Below are positions 23,924-37,030 of a stretch of DNA of 64,000 nucleotides, piece after piece (the stretch's first letter is position 1; every line of letters begins with the position of its first letter). This stretch comes from Felis catus (lineage: Eukaryota). The position numbers were made by a program, and so were the translations under genes. The DNA lies in contig NC_058383.1 in assembly GCF_018350175.1 (NCBI RefSeq), forward strand, positions 27,406,001-27,470,000, given 5' to 3'. The notes under the pieces were generated by a model. The model did not search any database, was not told the DNA's origin, and saw only the letters and a list, made by a program, of their open reading frames with translations.

Positions 23924-24073
23924 TGCCACAAGAGGAGAAGAGAGGGAAGGATGGGGCCTCTTAACTACCTCTGCCAGGAGGTAACACTGATCGTTTCTGC
24001 CACAAGAGCAGAAGAGAAGGAAGGAGGATGCCTCTCAACTACCTCTGCCAGGAGGTAACACGATTGTTTCTGC
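23924..24073. repeat. Tandem duplication, 2 x 74 bp, diverged
   Basis: TGCCACAAGAG...AACTACCTCTGCCAGGAGGTAACAC..GTTTCTGC at 23924 and 23998. Confidence 0.92.
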
Positions 24074-25527
24074 TCAAAGCCCATCTGTCAGCATGAGTCA
24101 CGTGGCCCAGAACTAATACCAAGGGAGGCGAGGAAACATAGGGAAGAACACGAATATATGGAGAGCACCTTCTCTGTCAAGTAAGATTTTGTAAAAATGG
24201 AGACAATTACGATCATAGCTATTCCAGAGTTACTTTTAGAATTACATGGGCTAAAATGGATTAGCTTATTTAACCATGTATCATCCAGTGACTGACATTT
24301 AAAAAAATAGTGAGCCCTTTTTTTTTGTTCTCTTCCTCTCTTCCTCACTTTCAAAGAGCACCCTGTTACCTGGCAGGACTAGTGGAGAAGGTATTCTGTG
24401 GAGACCCTGGAAGGAGCCCCTGGAAGGAGCCCCTGGAAGGGGCCGGGCTTACATGGTCACATCCCCACACCTTGACTCGATGCCTTAAATTCCAGCAGCA
24501 GAGCCAGCATCTCTGGGTCGGGTGTAGCCAGGGGATGTGAGATCAGGAGCTGACACGGAAAGGCCAGGTGGGAAGTTGCCAGTGACAATTTTAACTGGGC
24601 TGGTCCCGGGGCGGGGGATGGCTTCTTATGGTATACATAGTCAGAAAGGCTGTTTCCCCTCCGTGGAACATCCTAGGTCCAGGCTGCCCATCTGAATTTG
24701 AAATGATTTCAATTCAGCCTTCTGTAATTGCTTATTTGATTCCTGACTATGACATGCAGTTAGGAGGGAAATTGACATTCTGTCATTTCTGTTCCAATGA
24801 ACTGAACTCCGACAAGTTCCCTCCTAGGTACTTTGTGACAGCCGGGTCACCTGCTCCTCTTACATGGAGAAATTAGCGAGCCTGGGGATCTGGGATGTGG
24901 AATCCTAAGTTTGGTGCTTTTGAGAGAGTTGGGAGTGGATGAATGAGACAGGCAGTCAGGGGTATGCCGGAACCTCCCTTTCCCCAGCAAATACAATAGA
25001 CCTCCTTTCGGAGAGTACTCAGGATGGCTTTCTGCTATAGAAATATGAATTCTCTTACTTGTTATCCAGAGATCATTTCTGTCCAAGGTCATTTTTTTTT
25101 ACATTTTCAAACAGTTTAAGAGTCTAGAGTCATCTTTAGTAAATCATAAAAGGCCTGAGACTTCCCAACACAGCAAACTCTTTGTCATGTCACGGCTACC
25201 CAATGCCCTCTTTGTCCAAGCCTTTCAATGACCACCGCGTAATGAATTAAGCCCCCAAAGGTGTGAGAAAGATGAGCCCACTTGAGTTAAGGAGAGGCCC
25301 ATCAGGCAAATGGGATGGGGCTGGACAAGATTCTCAGAACGTGGCTAAAGGGTCAGCAAGAGCTTTGCGTCTTATCAGTGAAAGAAGAAAATCCACAGGA
25401 GCTTAAATGGAAGGCCCTAATGTCAATATCCATGGAAACGGAGGCTTCCATGTATCTTTGACAGATGTAATTTAGATGATAGTCCCATGAAATGGTGAGA
25501 AAAAAAATGTGAGCATGAAACTATAGA

Positions 25528-25700
25528 GCAGTGCTTCTCAGTGGTGGCGACTGCGCCCTCTCCTTTCAGAGAACACCTGGCAATACAAAAACGTTTATGG
25601 TTGTCACACCCAGAGGGGCGTTAGCGGCATCGAGTGAACATCCTACACCGCCAGAACAACTGCCTACAAGACAGAATTAACTGGTCCACAGCGTGGACAG
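25528..25700 (-). mobile_element. MER20-like hAT MITE fragment
   Basis: CAGTGCTTCTCA...TGGCAAT...TGGTTGTCACA...GGCATC..GTG..AACATCCTACA. Confidence 0.6.
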
Positions 25701-26218
25701 AGTGTGGAAAGACGACGCCACCGAGCATGGGGCCGGGCAGGGGGTGGCATCCACTTGGGAGAAGCAGGGTCACTTGATTTTGGAAAGACGGTGTCTGCTG
25801 CCCTTGGGAAAACTTCACGGTGAATCAAGAAAGGTGAAATCCTCTTGCTTTGGATCAAAAACCTAATCACACTCCTCAGTTTCAAATCTTCAACTGATGT
25901 CGTATTATTTTTAGGAAAAAAGTCCAAGATGCCTAACGCAGCCCCCAGGGTCCTGTGTAAATATTCTCATTTTCTGCAGCAGGCAGGAGAAAGCCAGAAT
26001 GCAGCAAAGGAACACGGATCAGGTTACCCTCCTCTTCAGGGTCATGTTAGTAGAAAAGGTCAGAAAAGAAAAATTAAAAATGATCTGTCAATGGTATACC
26101 CACAGACAAAGGGAGGGGTGCTGACAAATGAATCTCATATGTAGACCCCATGAGGGTTACCAATTGATTGACTCTCAAAAAGCAACAAATATCCAATTTG
26201 TTTTAAGACACTTGGAGG

Positions 26219-26403
26219 GGGGTGCCTGTGTTGCTCAGTCGGTTAAGTGTCGGACTTCGGCTCAGGTCATGATCTTACAGTTCATGAGTTGGAGCCCCAC
26301 GTCGGGCTCTGTGCTGACAGCTCAGAACCTGGAGCCTGCTTTGGATTCTGTGTGTGTGTGTGTGTCTTCCCCCACCCCTCAAAAATAAATAAACATTAAA
26401 AAA
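26219..26403 (+). mobile_element. CAN-SINE
   Basis: Head, short TG/CT tract, A tail; degenerate TSD AAGACACTTGGAGG/AAGATACCTAGGGG. Confidence 0.93.
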
Positions 26404-26840
26404 AGATACCTAGGGGTAACTAAAGCAAAAACAAGAGAGGGGAATCATTCAGACACCCTTCCTCACTCAACCGCCCCCTTTAAAGACACTGTTTTCTACA
26501 TAGCAGCTCTTGGGACTCTGGAAAAAGATGGCTGGTGGAGAATTTCAGCAAGTTTGGCTGGGGGCTCCTGACTTCAGTATGGCTAGGTGTTCTTCAGGAA
26601 AGACACAGATCATTCCTCCCGGATTTTCTTGGGCTTCGATTTGTCTTTCTTCACCACAGGACATTCTGAGACTGAACCGAAGGCAGCCTGCTTTGATGGG
26701 GGTTCCCTCCTGCTCCACTGTTTGCTCACTGCTCTCCTGTCACCTATCCCACTGGACTTGGCTCAGGACCCGGAGCATCTCGCTTTCTCTTCCTAGGAGT
26801 TCTGCCCTCAGTTTGGGCTCCAGGCTCTGCCCCTACTTCT

Positions 26841-26846
<6 letters not shown>

Positions 26847-26892
<46 letters not shown>

Positions 26893-27443
26893 CCACATAT
26901 ACACACACATATTCATACCCAATGATCCACAAACACACACATCCACACACACATCAACACATACACACCCATATATCCACACACACAAACCCACATATCT
27001 ACACATCCACACATCTATCCACATATAATACATACACCCACACATACACACACACCCATTTACACACACACATGCCTACAAATTCCCAAATATCCACACA
27101 GACATCCATCTATACACACATATCCATCTACACACATCCATACCCATAGAACACACACACACACACACACACATCCACACACACGTTCATACACACACAA
27201 CATACTCACACACCTCCACACATCCATATATCTGCACACACATATTCATCCACATACAGCATACACCCATGCAAACACACCCATACACCCACAAATCCAC
27301 ACACACACAATCCCAACATCTACACGTCCATATCCACACACATCTATCCACACATCCATACACCCCCCACATATATCCACACCAGCATACACACCCATTC
27401 ATGCACACACACATGCACAGATTCACACACACACATACAAACC
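26847..27443. repeat. ~600-bp CA-rich cryptic simple repeat with two pure (CA)n cores
   Basis: Pure tracts at 26847-26891 and ~27150-27173; recurrent ATCCACAC motifs. Confidence 0.95.
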
Positions 27444-29109
27444 CCACATTCTTTAGCCTTGCTCATCTTTCTTATATCAAGTCATTTTTGGAATGATCTT
27501 CCTCACTCTCCCTAACCTGGCTCCTTTTTTTATATAGTCCTATGGCTCCCCTGTCACACTTACATTAATGGTGTATTCAGTAGACTCATGTATTTTTCCT
27601 CCTTTTGACAAGCAGCTCCATGAGGATGAGGGTCAGGGCTGCGCTGCACCTCATGTAATGCACAAAGCCCAGGGGGTTCCTGCGGGCTGAGAGTCGCCCT
27701 CTCTTCTGCTGGCCTGGTTGGCCATGGCTGTCTGCTCGCTGAGAGTCCCCAGCACCCAGTACAGTGCCTGGCACAGACCCACGGCCCGGAAATGGGGATC
27801 AGTGGATGCCGTCTGGCTGAGCCCCAGCACCGTCCATCATTGGGGAGGCGGGAAGAGCCCTCGCAGGCAGAGTGGCCTCCAAGGCCTACACGGCAAGCAG
27901 CACCTCCTTCTCAGCATGCGGTTCCCACGGTTCAGCCATCGGCCAAGCTGCAATCTCAGTAAGTCGGGGGGCTGGGCCACCACTTCCTGGGGGCCTGCAG
28001 GGTCCAGCTGGGAGCCCAACGAGGCTGAGAAGCCTGTGGCCAATGGTCGAGCACTCACCAAAGCAATCGGTGACAAACACCCATGGATTGTGAAAGAAAT
28101 CATCCCTTCTTCCTTCCTCTGTGGGGAGAGGTTGAAAGTCACATCAGGTTTCTAAGGCTCTGTCTCCTGTGCCCCCGGATACATAAGATCACCTCCCGAA
28201 GCCTTCACTCTTCATCTGTAAAATGGGTGTGACAGGAGTAGTCCCAACCACCCAGTGTAGACGTGGCAACGTGTTTAATGCTGGAACACAGCACACTGTC
28301 TGTCCGTATGTATTCAACGAATTCTCATAATGACCCAAGACTGAGCCACAGAAGGAGACAGTGAGACGGCGATCTCCATCTGGGCTGTCTGGATGGCCTA
28401 ACTCACACTCCCCTGGCCAGGCTTGTCAACTCCCACGAGATTATCCAAGTTCCGGACACACCACCAGAAGAGTGTCACTGACGACAGAAGGAAAGAAGGG
28501 ATGTTTGTATGCCACCTTCAGGAGACATGGGCACTCCTTGTTCTCATCAATACAGGTGTTCCCAGAGCTGCTGGAGAGGCCCTGAGCTTACTGGAGAGAT
28601 GCCACAAGGAGGGGCCACACAGAACCCACGCCCCCGGCCACAGGCGTTTTCCATTTCACCTGTTTCCTACACTGGCATTCAGCACCAGCTCTTGTTTGGG
28701 GTAAAAGACAGCTCTTCTGCTAATGAATAAAAGCATACGAGTGAGATGGATGTTGACTGCTACATGCTAGAATAAGACTCTGTGAGCAGAAAACCATAGG
28801 GGCTGCTGTAGGTGCAGAGATAGCCAGAGAGAGACTCAGTTGTACTGGGTGCCACTTAGAGCCGGGAAACACCATTCAGAGAAATCTCCCCTTGAAAATC
28901 GTGCATTTTACATCAAGCGTTTGGGATTTACAAGAGTTCAAATGTGCTCACCCATCCCTCTGTCCCTCTTACAACTATTCCCTGGGGCCTCTATGTGCTC
29001 AGCACTGTGCTAGGCTCCACAGAAAATACAGAATAAGAAGATGGAATCATTTCCTAGAGATGGCTAAATCCTAGTGGAAAAGAAAAAATAAAACTATTAA
29101 TGACAGTAT

Positions 29110-29264
29110 GACTTCTGCATTCAACTGATATCACTGAGCACCACTTACATGCCAGGAATTATTCTAGGCACGAGGGACACAGTCCTAGACAAAGCATAAA
29201 AGTGCTTCCTCTCATGGACCTTTTGTTCTAGTTGGGGGGTGGGGGGTGGGGCAAGGCACAGTAA

Positions 29265-29311
<47 letters not shown>

Positions 29312-29630
29312 GCTAATCACTGTGCATTTTACACTGGCTAATGATAAGAACTTTTAATAAGAAAGCCGGGTAAAGGGATGGGGCTGCTATTTTCAACTGG
29401 GTGGTCAGGAAAGGTTTTTTGGTTTTGCTTTCGTTTTTGGAAAAAATGATGGTATTTGGGCAAAGAGCTGAAGGTCGATCAAGTGAGATGGTGGACCTTT
29501 TCACGTTCAAGGGAAATGACTTCCACGCAGGAGGGAATGAACGAGCACAAGCCCTGAAGCTCGTGTCCCTCGAGTACCTGGAATATTCCAGAAGCAGCAG
29601 AGAGATCAGTGGAGCTGGAGCCAAGGGGGT
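29110..29630 (-). mobile_element. L2 fragment containing an (AAC)n tract at 29266-29311
   Basis: CATTCAACTGATATCACTGAGCACC..ATGCCAGG..TTCTAGGCAC; GGTGGTCAGGAAAGG; GTGGAGCTGGAGC. Confidence 0.75.
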
Positions 29631-30308
29631 AAGGGGGATACGGCAGGGGGCGGGAGATGGTGAGGCCAGTTCCTGAAACGCAACCTACATTGCTTAACAG
29701 CCTTGAGTAAGAAGTAGGAAGCAGGCAGCAACAATAGAGGGCAAGTTAACTCTGTGAAACAAAAACCCTCAAACCCAGCTGCCACAACCATGAAATTGGG
29801 CAAGCAGCACCTGCGGTTGCCCATCCCCTCGTGTAAGACGTTTATGCACCACTCGCCCAGCAGGACAGTTCTAGGGCTGCTTATACTTGGGGAACGCCGA
29901 CCCCCGCTATTTCCGATCAGCGGGAGGAATCAGGGAACAGGATTCAGGTTCCCGACTAGCCACCTCTGGAGGACACCCCCCCTCTCTGTTTGGCTTCCCA
30001 GCACCTTCCTATGTCTGAGGCACCCCCTTTCCCAGCCTCCCTTGCAACTGAGCGAAACCATGTGACCTAGTTTCCACCAATCAGATTGCTTGGTGACGGC
30101 TTCGCCTTGAAAGCTGACCCTGCCTGCGATGGCGGGGGCTTTCGTCCAGCTTCCTGGGATGGTGGGGTCCCAGGTTCAGTAAAGCATCCCGGAGCTGGCA
30201 TCGTAAGGTCCGTGGGGCCCACCGTGGGGAGAGTGATGCCTCTGCTGCACCACTTCTGTCTCCAGTGCCAGTTTAGAGCTTGTCCTTGGTGTCCTTGTCC
30301 TCAAATCC

Positions 30309-30769
30309 TGTCCTTGCCAGGTTGTAACAAATGACCACAAATTTGGTGTCTCAGAACACGAGAAATGTGCCCGCTCACAGTTCTGGACGCTAGGAGTTCA
30401 AAATCTAGGTGTGGGCAGGGCTGCATTCGCTCAGGAGGCTCTAGGGGAGAATCGGTCCTGTGCTTGTTCAAGCTCCTGATGGCTGTTGGCATTCCCTGAG
30501 TTATGGCCATGCCACTCCAGCCTCTGCTCCTGTGGTCACCTTTCTTCTTTTCTCTGTGTCTCCTCTGAGGGTGTCAACTCTTCTCAGCTTCATTTTATAA
30601 GGACACCAGTCACTGGATTTAGGGCCCACCTGGATAATCTAGAATGATCTTGTCCCCTCAAGATCATTCCATCTGCAAAGACCCTTTTTCCAAATAAGGT
30701 CACATTCATGGATTTTGGGGATTAGAATAGGGACATACCTTTTTGCGGGCCACCATTCAATCCACTACA
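30309..30769 (-). mobile_element. MaLR solo LTR (MLT1C/D-like)
   Basis: GTAACAAATGACCACAAA...CACAGTTCTGGA...ATAAGGACACCAGTCACTGGATTTAGGGCCCACC...CCATTCAATCCACTACA. Confidence 0.88.
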
Positions 30770-31399
30770 TCACCTCCTGGAGATCCTGTGAGCTAAATAA
30801 TACTTTTTAATACGTTTCCCTTTCAGCTTAAGTCAGCCTGGGTTGGCTCTGTTTGCAAACCAGAAGCCTGCATCAACATCACCATACCTCTCTTTCCATT
30901 CCATGTCCCCAGATAGGACAGGGTGTCTGGAATGAAGCCCCTGCTTAGGAACCCGAGCCTGAGAGTCTGGCCTTCCCGTCTGCTCACCTTGACTCCTGCC
31001 TCTGTCTGTGTAGAGAAACGAAATGCTGTGTCGGCAGCTCTGTGGTTGAGACATTTTCTTTTCCGCGGAAAGATGTCTCCCGGCCCTACGAGGCTGGGAT
31101 GCAGACCCCACCACAGAGAGGCCGGCTAGGTGGTCAGCCTTACCGCATCAACTATTTATGGTTTTGTTAAAAAACAAAAACCAGATCGAGCTCGCCCACG
31201 GAAACCTGCGGAGTAAGCATAAGCCCTTGGAAGCTTCTGGAGAGACGGCGGTGTCTCCTCACCTCTCTGCACCTCTGCTGTGACTTCTCAACCAGCACCC
31301 GTGCCTGTCAGCTGGTGGGGTGAGTGGAGTCTCTCCAAGGGAAACTGGCCATTCGTATCAGGAGCCCACTTTAGGGAAGGAAACAACCTGACAAACGAG

Positions 31400-31650
31400 A
31401 GGCACTGCTGCATGGTGTCGACACACTTGGGCTCAGGAGCCAGAGGGATTTGGGTGAATCTGGAAGCCAGTACCACTGCTTCCTAGCTGTGTGACCTTCG
31501 GGACCTAATGCACCTCTCTGAGCCTCAGTTTTCTCATCCCTGAAGGATGTTAATACCTACTCTGCTTGGTTGGGTTTTTTGCTTTTGTTTTTGTGTATGT
31601 GGACTAAATGGATTCACTAAATCCCTTAGCTTACTTAGTGTTGGCACGTG
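31400..31650 (+). mobile_element. MIR
   Basis: CTAGCTGTGTGACCTT...CCTCTCTGAGCCTCAGTTTTCTCATC. Confidence 0.85.
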
Positions 31651-32407
31651 TAACCACGGGAAGACATCTTACATTCCTCTGCCTCTGTCGAGATCCCTCT
31701 CATCCAACAGCATCACCGTGAATTCGGTTCTCTGTGCATGTGCTGCCTCTTCTCCAGTGGGGTACACTGTGCCCCATGCTGCCTGGCACATGATACTGTG
31801 TTATGTGAAGTTTGGGTGAAAAAACCTCTGTTGTTTTAACTGGTGTGTGCTCTGTGTTTAATGGGTCATCAGGTGACAAAACTTGCTGGATCATCCTGGA
31901 CACCTATCCTAGAACCGTGTTTTTCTGGCTCCGTCCCATACCTACGATGGCATTCATCCCCACCTCCGCCTAAAGCTCACCACTACCAGCGATGTCGCCA
32001 TTTCTGGGAGTCTCTGGGGAACCTCTCACCTATTCTTGTAAGTCCAGTTTGCTTGGCTGGCAAGTGAAACCTGCCCTTTTCTTTCTGTTTTGCATGATGC
32101 CCGTGGGTAAGGAGGCGAGGACGCCATCAGGGCCAGCGGTGATGAGGTGGCGTCGGAACCACCAGGCCACGTCAAAAGTCCCCGTCGAAACAAATGTCGC
32201 TGAGCCACCAGTAGCCAGTGGGTGCTCAGGGTCCCCAGAAATTTCATCAGCCAACCATTTTGGTTTTAAGTCCCTCTTTTTCTGGAGACTGCTTTTTCGT
32301 ATTCACGCATGAGTCCCTGCTGCTCATGAGGGACTGACCTGAGATCAGGACCCGTGTTGTGCTGCTTTCTACCTGGCATTTCCTTCCAGCTTTGGATCCA
32401 AGGATCT

Positions 32408-32670
32408 TTGTGGTTAAGAGCCCAGGCTTTGCGTGTGTGTCTATGTGTGTGTCATGCGACACGGCCTTGAACATTGGCTCTATCATATACTAGCTCAGTG
32501 ACCCTGGCTAAGTCACATAATCTTTTTAAGCCTGAGCTTCATTATCTGAAAAAAAGGAGGAAATACGTGTATGTTCCTGTGAGGGAGATTTAAGGATCAA
32601 ATGAAATAGTGACTGCGGAGGGGACAGCCGGCATACGTCAAGTACTAAATAAATGCTAACTACTATTTTT
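32408..32670 (+). mobile_element. MIR
   Basis: GTGGTTAAGAGCCCAGGCTTTG...TACTAGCTCAGTGACCCTGGCTAAGTCAC. Confidence 0.8.
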
Positions 32671-32919
32671 ATGACCTTCCGTGAACTATTTCCCTGGTGG
32701 TCCCACTGTCCCACATGCAAAGAATGCCTTGTGGTTGATCTGCCATATCTACCAAATATTTGGGACGGAGGGAGAATGACAGAGTGGCAGAGGGGTTGGG
32801 GGAAGAGCCTTTCTAATATCTCATAGGAAGAAAATAGGGACAGAAATATGATAAAACTATAAAGATCCACTGCAGGGCCAACTGTTTGGATTGTGAAACT
32901 CTGCATCAGGGCAGATGCA

Positions 32920-33160
32920 GTGGAATTGTTGAATGCCAGACTCTGGAGCTCAGGAGCTGAACATTTACTCTGGTCCTGTCATTTTCTAGATGTTCCTGGG
33001 AGCATTCCTTAATCTTCTGTGCCACAGTTTTTTTCATCTGTAAATTGGGCTGATAGTTAACAAGATTGCTATGAGAATGAAGTAAGTCCATTCATGTCAA
33101 GCACACAAAGCAGTGATGTGGCACACTGTGATTAATGGATAAATGTGAACTATTATTATT
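32920..33160 (+). mobile_element. MIR
   Basis: GACTCTGGAGCTCAG...TCTGTGCCACAGTTTTTTTCATCTGTAAATTGGG. Confidence 0.8.
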
Positions 33161-33943
33161 AATCGCACAACAAATTAATCCAGAAGAGAATAATTTTAAA
33201 AAGGAAACCCCTAAGTGCCACTCTGTGGATAGATCTGTCCCTACAATGTCTAAATGCCCTATGGCTCTTCAAATGTTTCAGTCAACTACATGACCGTATG
33301 TGCAGAGATTCTAGGGGAAACCGTCTAGAAGTATTGCTGTTTGTATATATCTATGCACAAAGGGCTGCCATGTTCACCTGGGTTTTTTCTTCCTGCAATA
33401 CTCACTTGTTAGCTGCTGAGAACTTTCTACTTTAAAAGGTTCAGGGAAGTGGAAGACTCCATGGACCATCCGTGAAATCTTATCCTGTCCACTAACCAGA
33501 TGGAGGAAGTCCAACAATGTAATGGTACCTGTCTTGGCATTTCATGGAATGGTCAAGGAGAGGAAGGAGTTTCTCATGGGGTGTGGGGTTGCAAGCCAAG
33601 GAAAGGGACTCAAATCGATCTAAGCTTGATGGCAAGTGTTCAAGACTATCTCCTGGGACATGGCTGGGCTCCAAGGGTCTAGAACCTGGGACCTGATATA
33701 CCAGGGTCTAAGGCAACTCTGGTCTCTCTCCTTCTCATTCTGAAGCCGTGTTCTCGCTCCTCTCTGCGGCACTCTGCTAATCTGTTTGCTTTCCTCTTTT
33801 GCAGAGGAGCGTTGTTGCCTCTCTTGCCCATGACTCCAGTGTGGCCACCCCACTTCTCTTCATGGTCTTTCCATTTAAGTGCCCACAAGAACAACTAAAT
33901 CCAAATGTAAATTCCCAGAAGAGGATCCGATTGGCCCATTTTG

Positions 33944-34159
33944 AAATTTTTTTTTTCAACGTTTATTTATTTTTGGGACAGAGAGAGACAGAGCATGAAC
34001 GGGGGAGGGGCGGAGAGAGAGGGAGACACAGAATCAGAAACAGGCTCCAGGCTCTGAGCCATCAGCCCAGAGCCCGACGCGGGGCTCGAACTCACGGACC
34101 GCGAGATCGTGACCTGGCTGAAGTCGGACGCTCAACCGACTGCGCCACCCAGGCGCCCC
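33944..34159 (-). mobile_element. Young felid SINE (SINEC_Fc type)
   Basis: CpGs intact; perfect 16-bp TSD CGATTGGCCCATTTTG at 33928-33943 and 34160-34175. Confidence 0.97.
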
Positions 34160-35639
34160 CGATTGGCCCATTTTGTACCTTCTAGCCCAATCATCTAAGC
34201 CCAAGGTGAGGTCAAAGTCACATATCACAAACATAGCTGCAGCAGCTCACCCCTTGGGGTGGGGTAGATATCAGCTCACAGGGGTGTGCACTGGGTACAG
34301 GTGCTAGGAAGCATCTGCCCCCGAGACTAAGCAGAAAAAGAGGCCAAAAACATGCAGTGATTGGCAATGATAGGCTTTGAAAGGACCACTTGACAAGGAT
34401 CCATGGCAGAATCCTCTGGGGTATTAAGCTTGCCATTGGCCAGTTCAGGTCAGTCCCCTGTTTTCTGCTTCCTGGTGTCTAAGACTCAGGAAAAGATTGA
34501 GCGTCTTTGCTGGATCACTGTGCCCTGTACTGCCATCTCTGCACTCCTCCAAAAGGCCAGCCTCCGCCCCATGCCAGAGTCTTCACCCATATCCTACCCT
34601 TCCCTCTGCCTTGAACACTTTGTCCTTGAACGTTTTTGCAAAGCTCGTTTATCATCCTTCAGTGTTCACCTTAAATTCACCTACAGTTTCAACCCTCTCC
34701 ACCTTCATACATATCCTATATGTTCCCTTCATAGGATTATCAAAATCTGAATTACATGTTTATAATAATTGTAGCTAACACCCACATGATGTGTCCTATA
34801 TGCTGGATATTTCCACAAGAGCTTTATACATGTGATTTCCTTTAATTCATCCACAAACCTATCAGATAGGCCATCTAATTATCCCTCATTTCACAAATGA
34901 GAAAACAGAAGCAGTTAGGTTAGCTTGCCCAAGAGATCATCCAGCGAGGAGTTAACTCCGAAGTCTGCCCCCTCAGCCCCTACCTACTTCCTCTTGACCA
35001 CAGCATTCCTCTGCTGAAGGGTTGGATTACTTAAATTAATTATTTCTCTACTCAATTATATGCTCTATGTAGTCAGGGGCTGTACTGATTGTGCCTATTA
35101 TGGATTTTTACCACTCATCAGCATGCCTGGCCCTAAGAAACCATTTGCAAAATGAATAAATGAATAAACATATGAAAATAAGAATACATTAATTCCTTTT
35201 AAAAAGAGGGACTTAAGATGCATGTCTGCATGAGAACAGGTCACCAGGCAAGATCGGTCTTCCACGACTTTTGAGAGGGTAGAGGTGGGGGGAGTCCTAC
35301 CAAAAACAGCACCAGATCAGGACTGGGAGAAGAGATTCTTCTCATGTAGAAGCTTCTTTCTTTCTGCTGCTGGCATCTCTATCCTGTGCTTCCCTCATGC
35401 CCAGCCTCAGATTGCCAATCTGAGCTTAGAAGAATTGCTTCCACACCATCAACGGTGGGAGCAGCTGGCATTAATAACTGGGAGCTAGCGAACAAAGCAG
35501 TGAGTGGAGGGACATAAGATGTCCTGAGCTTAGGCATGGGACACTGATGGTGGCTTCCTCTTCTTGCCAATTGTTTGAGCCAGGAATCACACAGTGCTGG
35601 GGGTGGGGGAGACGGACAGGGGTCTGGGGAAGGGGTTCT

Positions 35640-36420
35640 ATTTCAAAAGATCTCCAGTATCCTATTTCTTCTCAACATCTCCACCACTGCCAACTGGGCC
35701 CCAGCCACCATTGCCGCCCCCCTCCCCCCGTCCCAAACCTGGATTACTGCAACGGCTTCCTAACTGATCTCCCTGCTTCCAGCCACCCCCTGTCCAGTAT
35801 CTTTTCAACCCAGCAGTTGGAGCCACCCTGTTAGAATGTACCTTCGGTCACATCCCTTCTCAGAACCCTCTGGTGGAAACTGTGGCACTCACAGCAAAAG
35901 GCAAAGGCCCTCCATGATGTGACCCCCATCAACCCTGTGACCACGTCCCCTGCTCCTCTCCTCTCATTCACCCAGCCCCCGCTCCCTGACGTCCTTGGTG
36001 TTCATTAAACATACCAGCCATGGCCCTACTTCCAGGTCTTTGCTCCCTTCTGCTGTTCCCTCTGCTTGCAATGGTCTTCCCCCAGAAATCCGCTTCTGCA
36101 AACCCCTCACCTATTTCAAGTCTTTCTTCTCAATGAGGTCTCCTCACCCATCAACAGTACTTAATGCCACAGCCTGGTACCCCAGTGTCCCCGTCCTGAC
36201 CCTCCTTCTCTATTGGCTAGTTATCCACAGCACTTACCACTTTCTAACGTGCTCTATCACTTACTTATCTGCTTATTATAGTCATTCATTTTGTTCTGGC
36301 TCTCGTGCTCTGATCAGGCTTGCATGCCGGGTGCACTAGTGAGTCCCAAGCATCCAGGGCAGTACCTAGCACACAGCAGGCCCTCCATAAGTCTTTGGTC
36401 ACTGAATGGATGAGGAGTTT
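35640..36420 (+). mobile_element. L2 3' region
   Basis: CCTGGATTACTGCAACGGCTTCCTAACTGATCTCCCTGCTTCC...GCTGTTCCCTCTGC...CCTAGCACACAGCAGGCCCTC. Confidence 0.85.
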
Positions 36421-36514
36421 CTGGCATCCATTCATCTGCTGAAGGCTTGCTATGCACCTGCCACGGTGCTAAGCAGCTTTCCATGGATTATCACATTTAA
36501 CCTTCACAACTGAA

Positions 36515-37030
36515 CAGAATCGAAACCCCCTTCCCTGGCCTATGAGGTCCTTATCTGGTCCACCAACCTCTCTGCCTCACTTCCGCCATCCTCCGCCATG
36601 CTCACCTGCTCCAGTCATGCTATGAGGGCCTCCTCTGCTCTGCTCTCCCCCACCCCGCCCCAGTGGAACACAGCCTGGACTCAGGGACTTTGTTTCCGCC
36701 ATCTCTTCCATTGGACCCACGCTTTCTTAGAACTTCAGGTGACCTGTTTGTCCCTCACTTTATTTAGGTCTCTGCTCAAATATCACTTCACCAGTTAGGT
36801 CTCTGCTGACCACTGCATTTAAAATAGCACCCCCATCACTCAGACTCTTCTCTCTGCCTTATTATTTTTTTTCATAGCACTTATTATATTAAGTTATATA
36901 TTGATTTGTTGGTTTCCTTTCTTTCTTCCCCCACTAGAAAATAAAGCCTATGGATGATTCACTCATTGCTGATTTCTGGAAGAGTGTCTGGCATGGAGGA
37001 GGTGCTCAATAGATCCTGCTGATTAAACAG
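36515..37030 (+). mobile_element. L2 fragment splitting a MIR (MIR halves ~36430-36510 and ~37030-37170)
   Basis: TTTAGGTCTCTGCTCAAATATCAC...AGTGTCTGGCATGGAGGAGGTGCTCAATA. Confidence 0.7.

Noticed and set aside
24406..24440. 13-bp repeat CCCTGGAAGGAGC, about 2.7 copies; similar micro-duplications at ~37386 and ~43485
   Set aside because: Ordinary slippage-scale duplications with no sign of function
26510..27496. His/Thr-rich and Cys/Val-rich ORFs
   Set aside because: Translations of CA/TG repeats
27600..32300. Possible CpG island or promoter
   Set aside because: CpGs are only moderately elevated and scattered; no dense island or core promoter evident by eye
33944..34159. tRNA gene (A/B box-like sequence)
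   Set aside because: tRNA-derived SINE head followed by (CT)n, poly-A and TSD; the same applies to all SINE heads in the window
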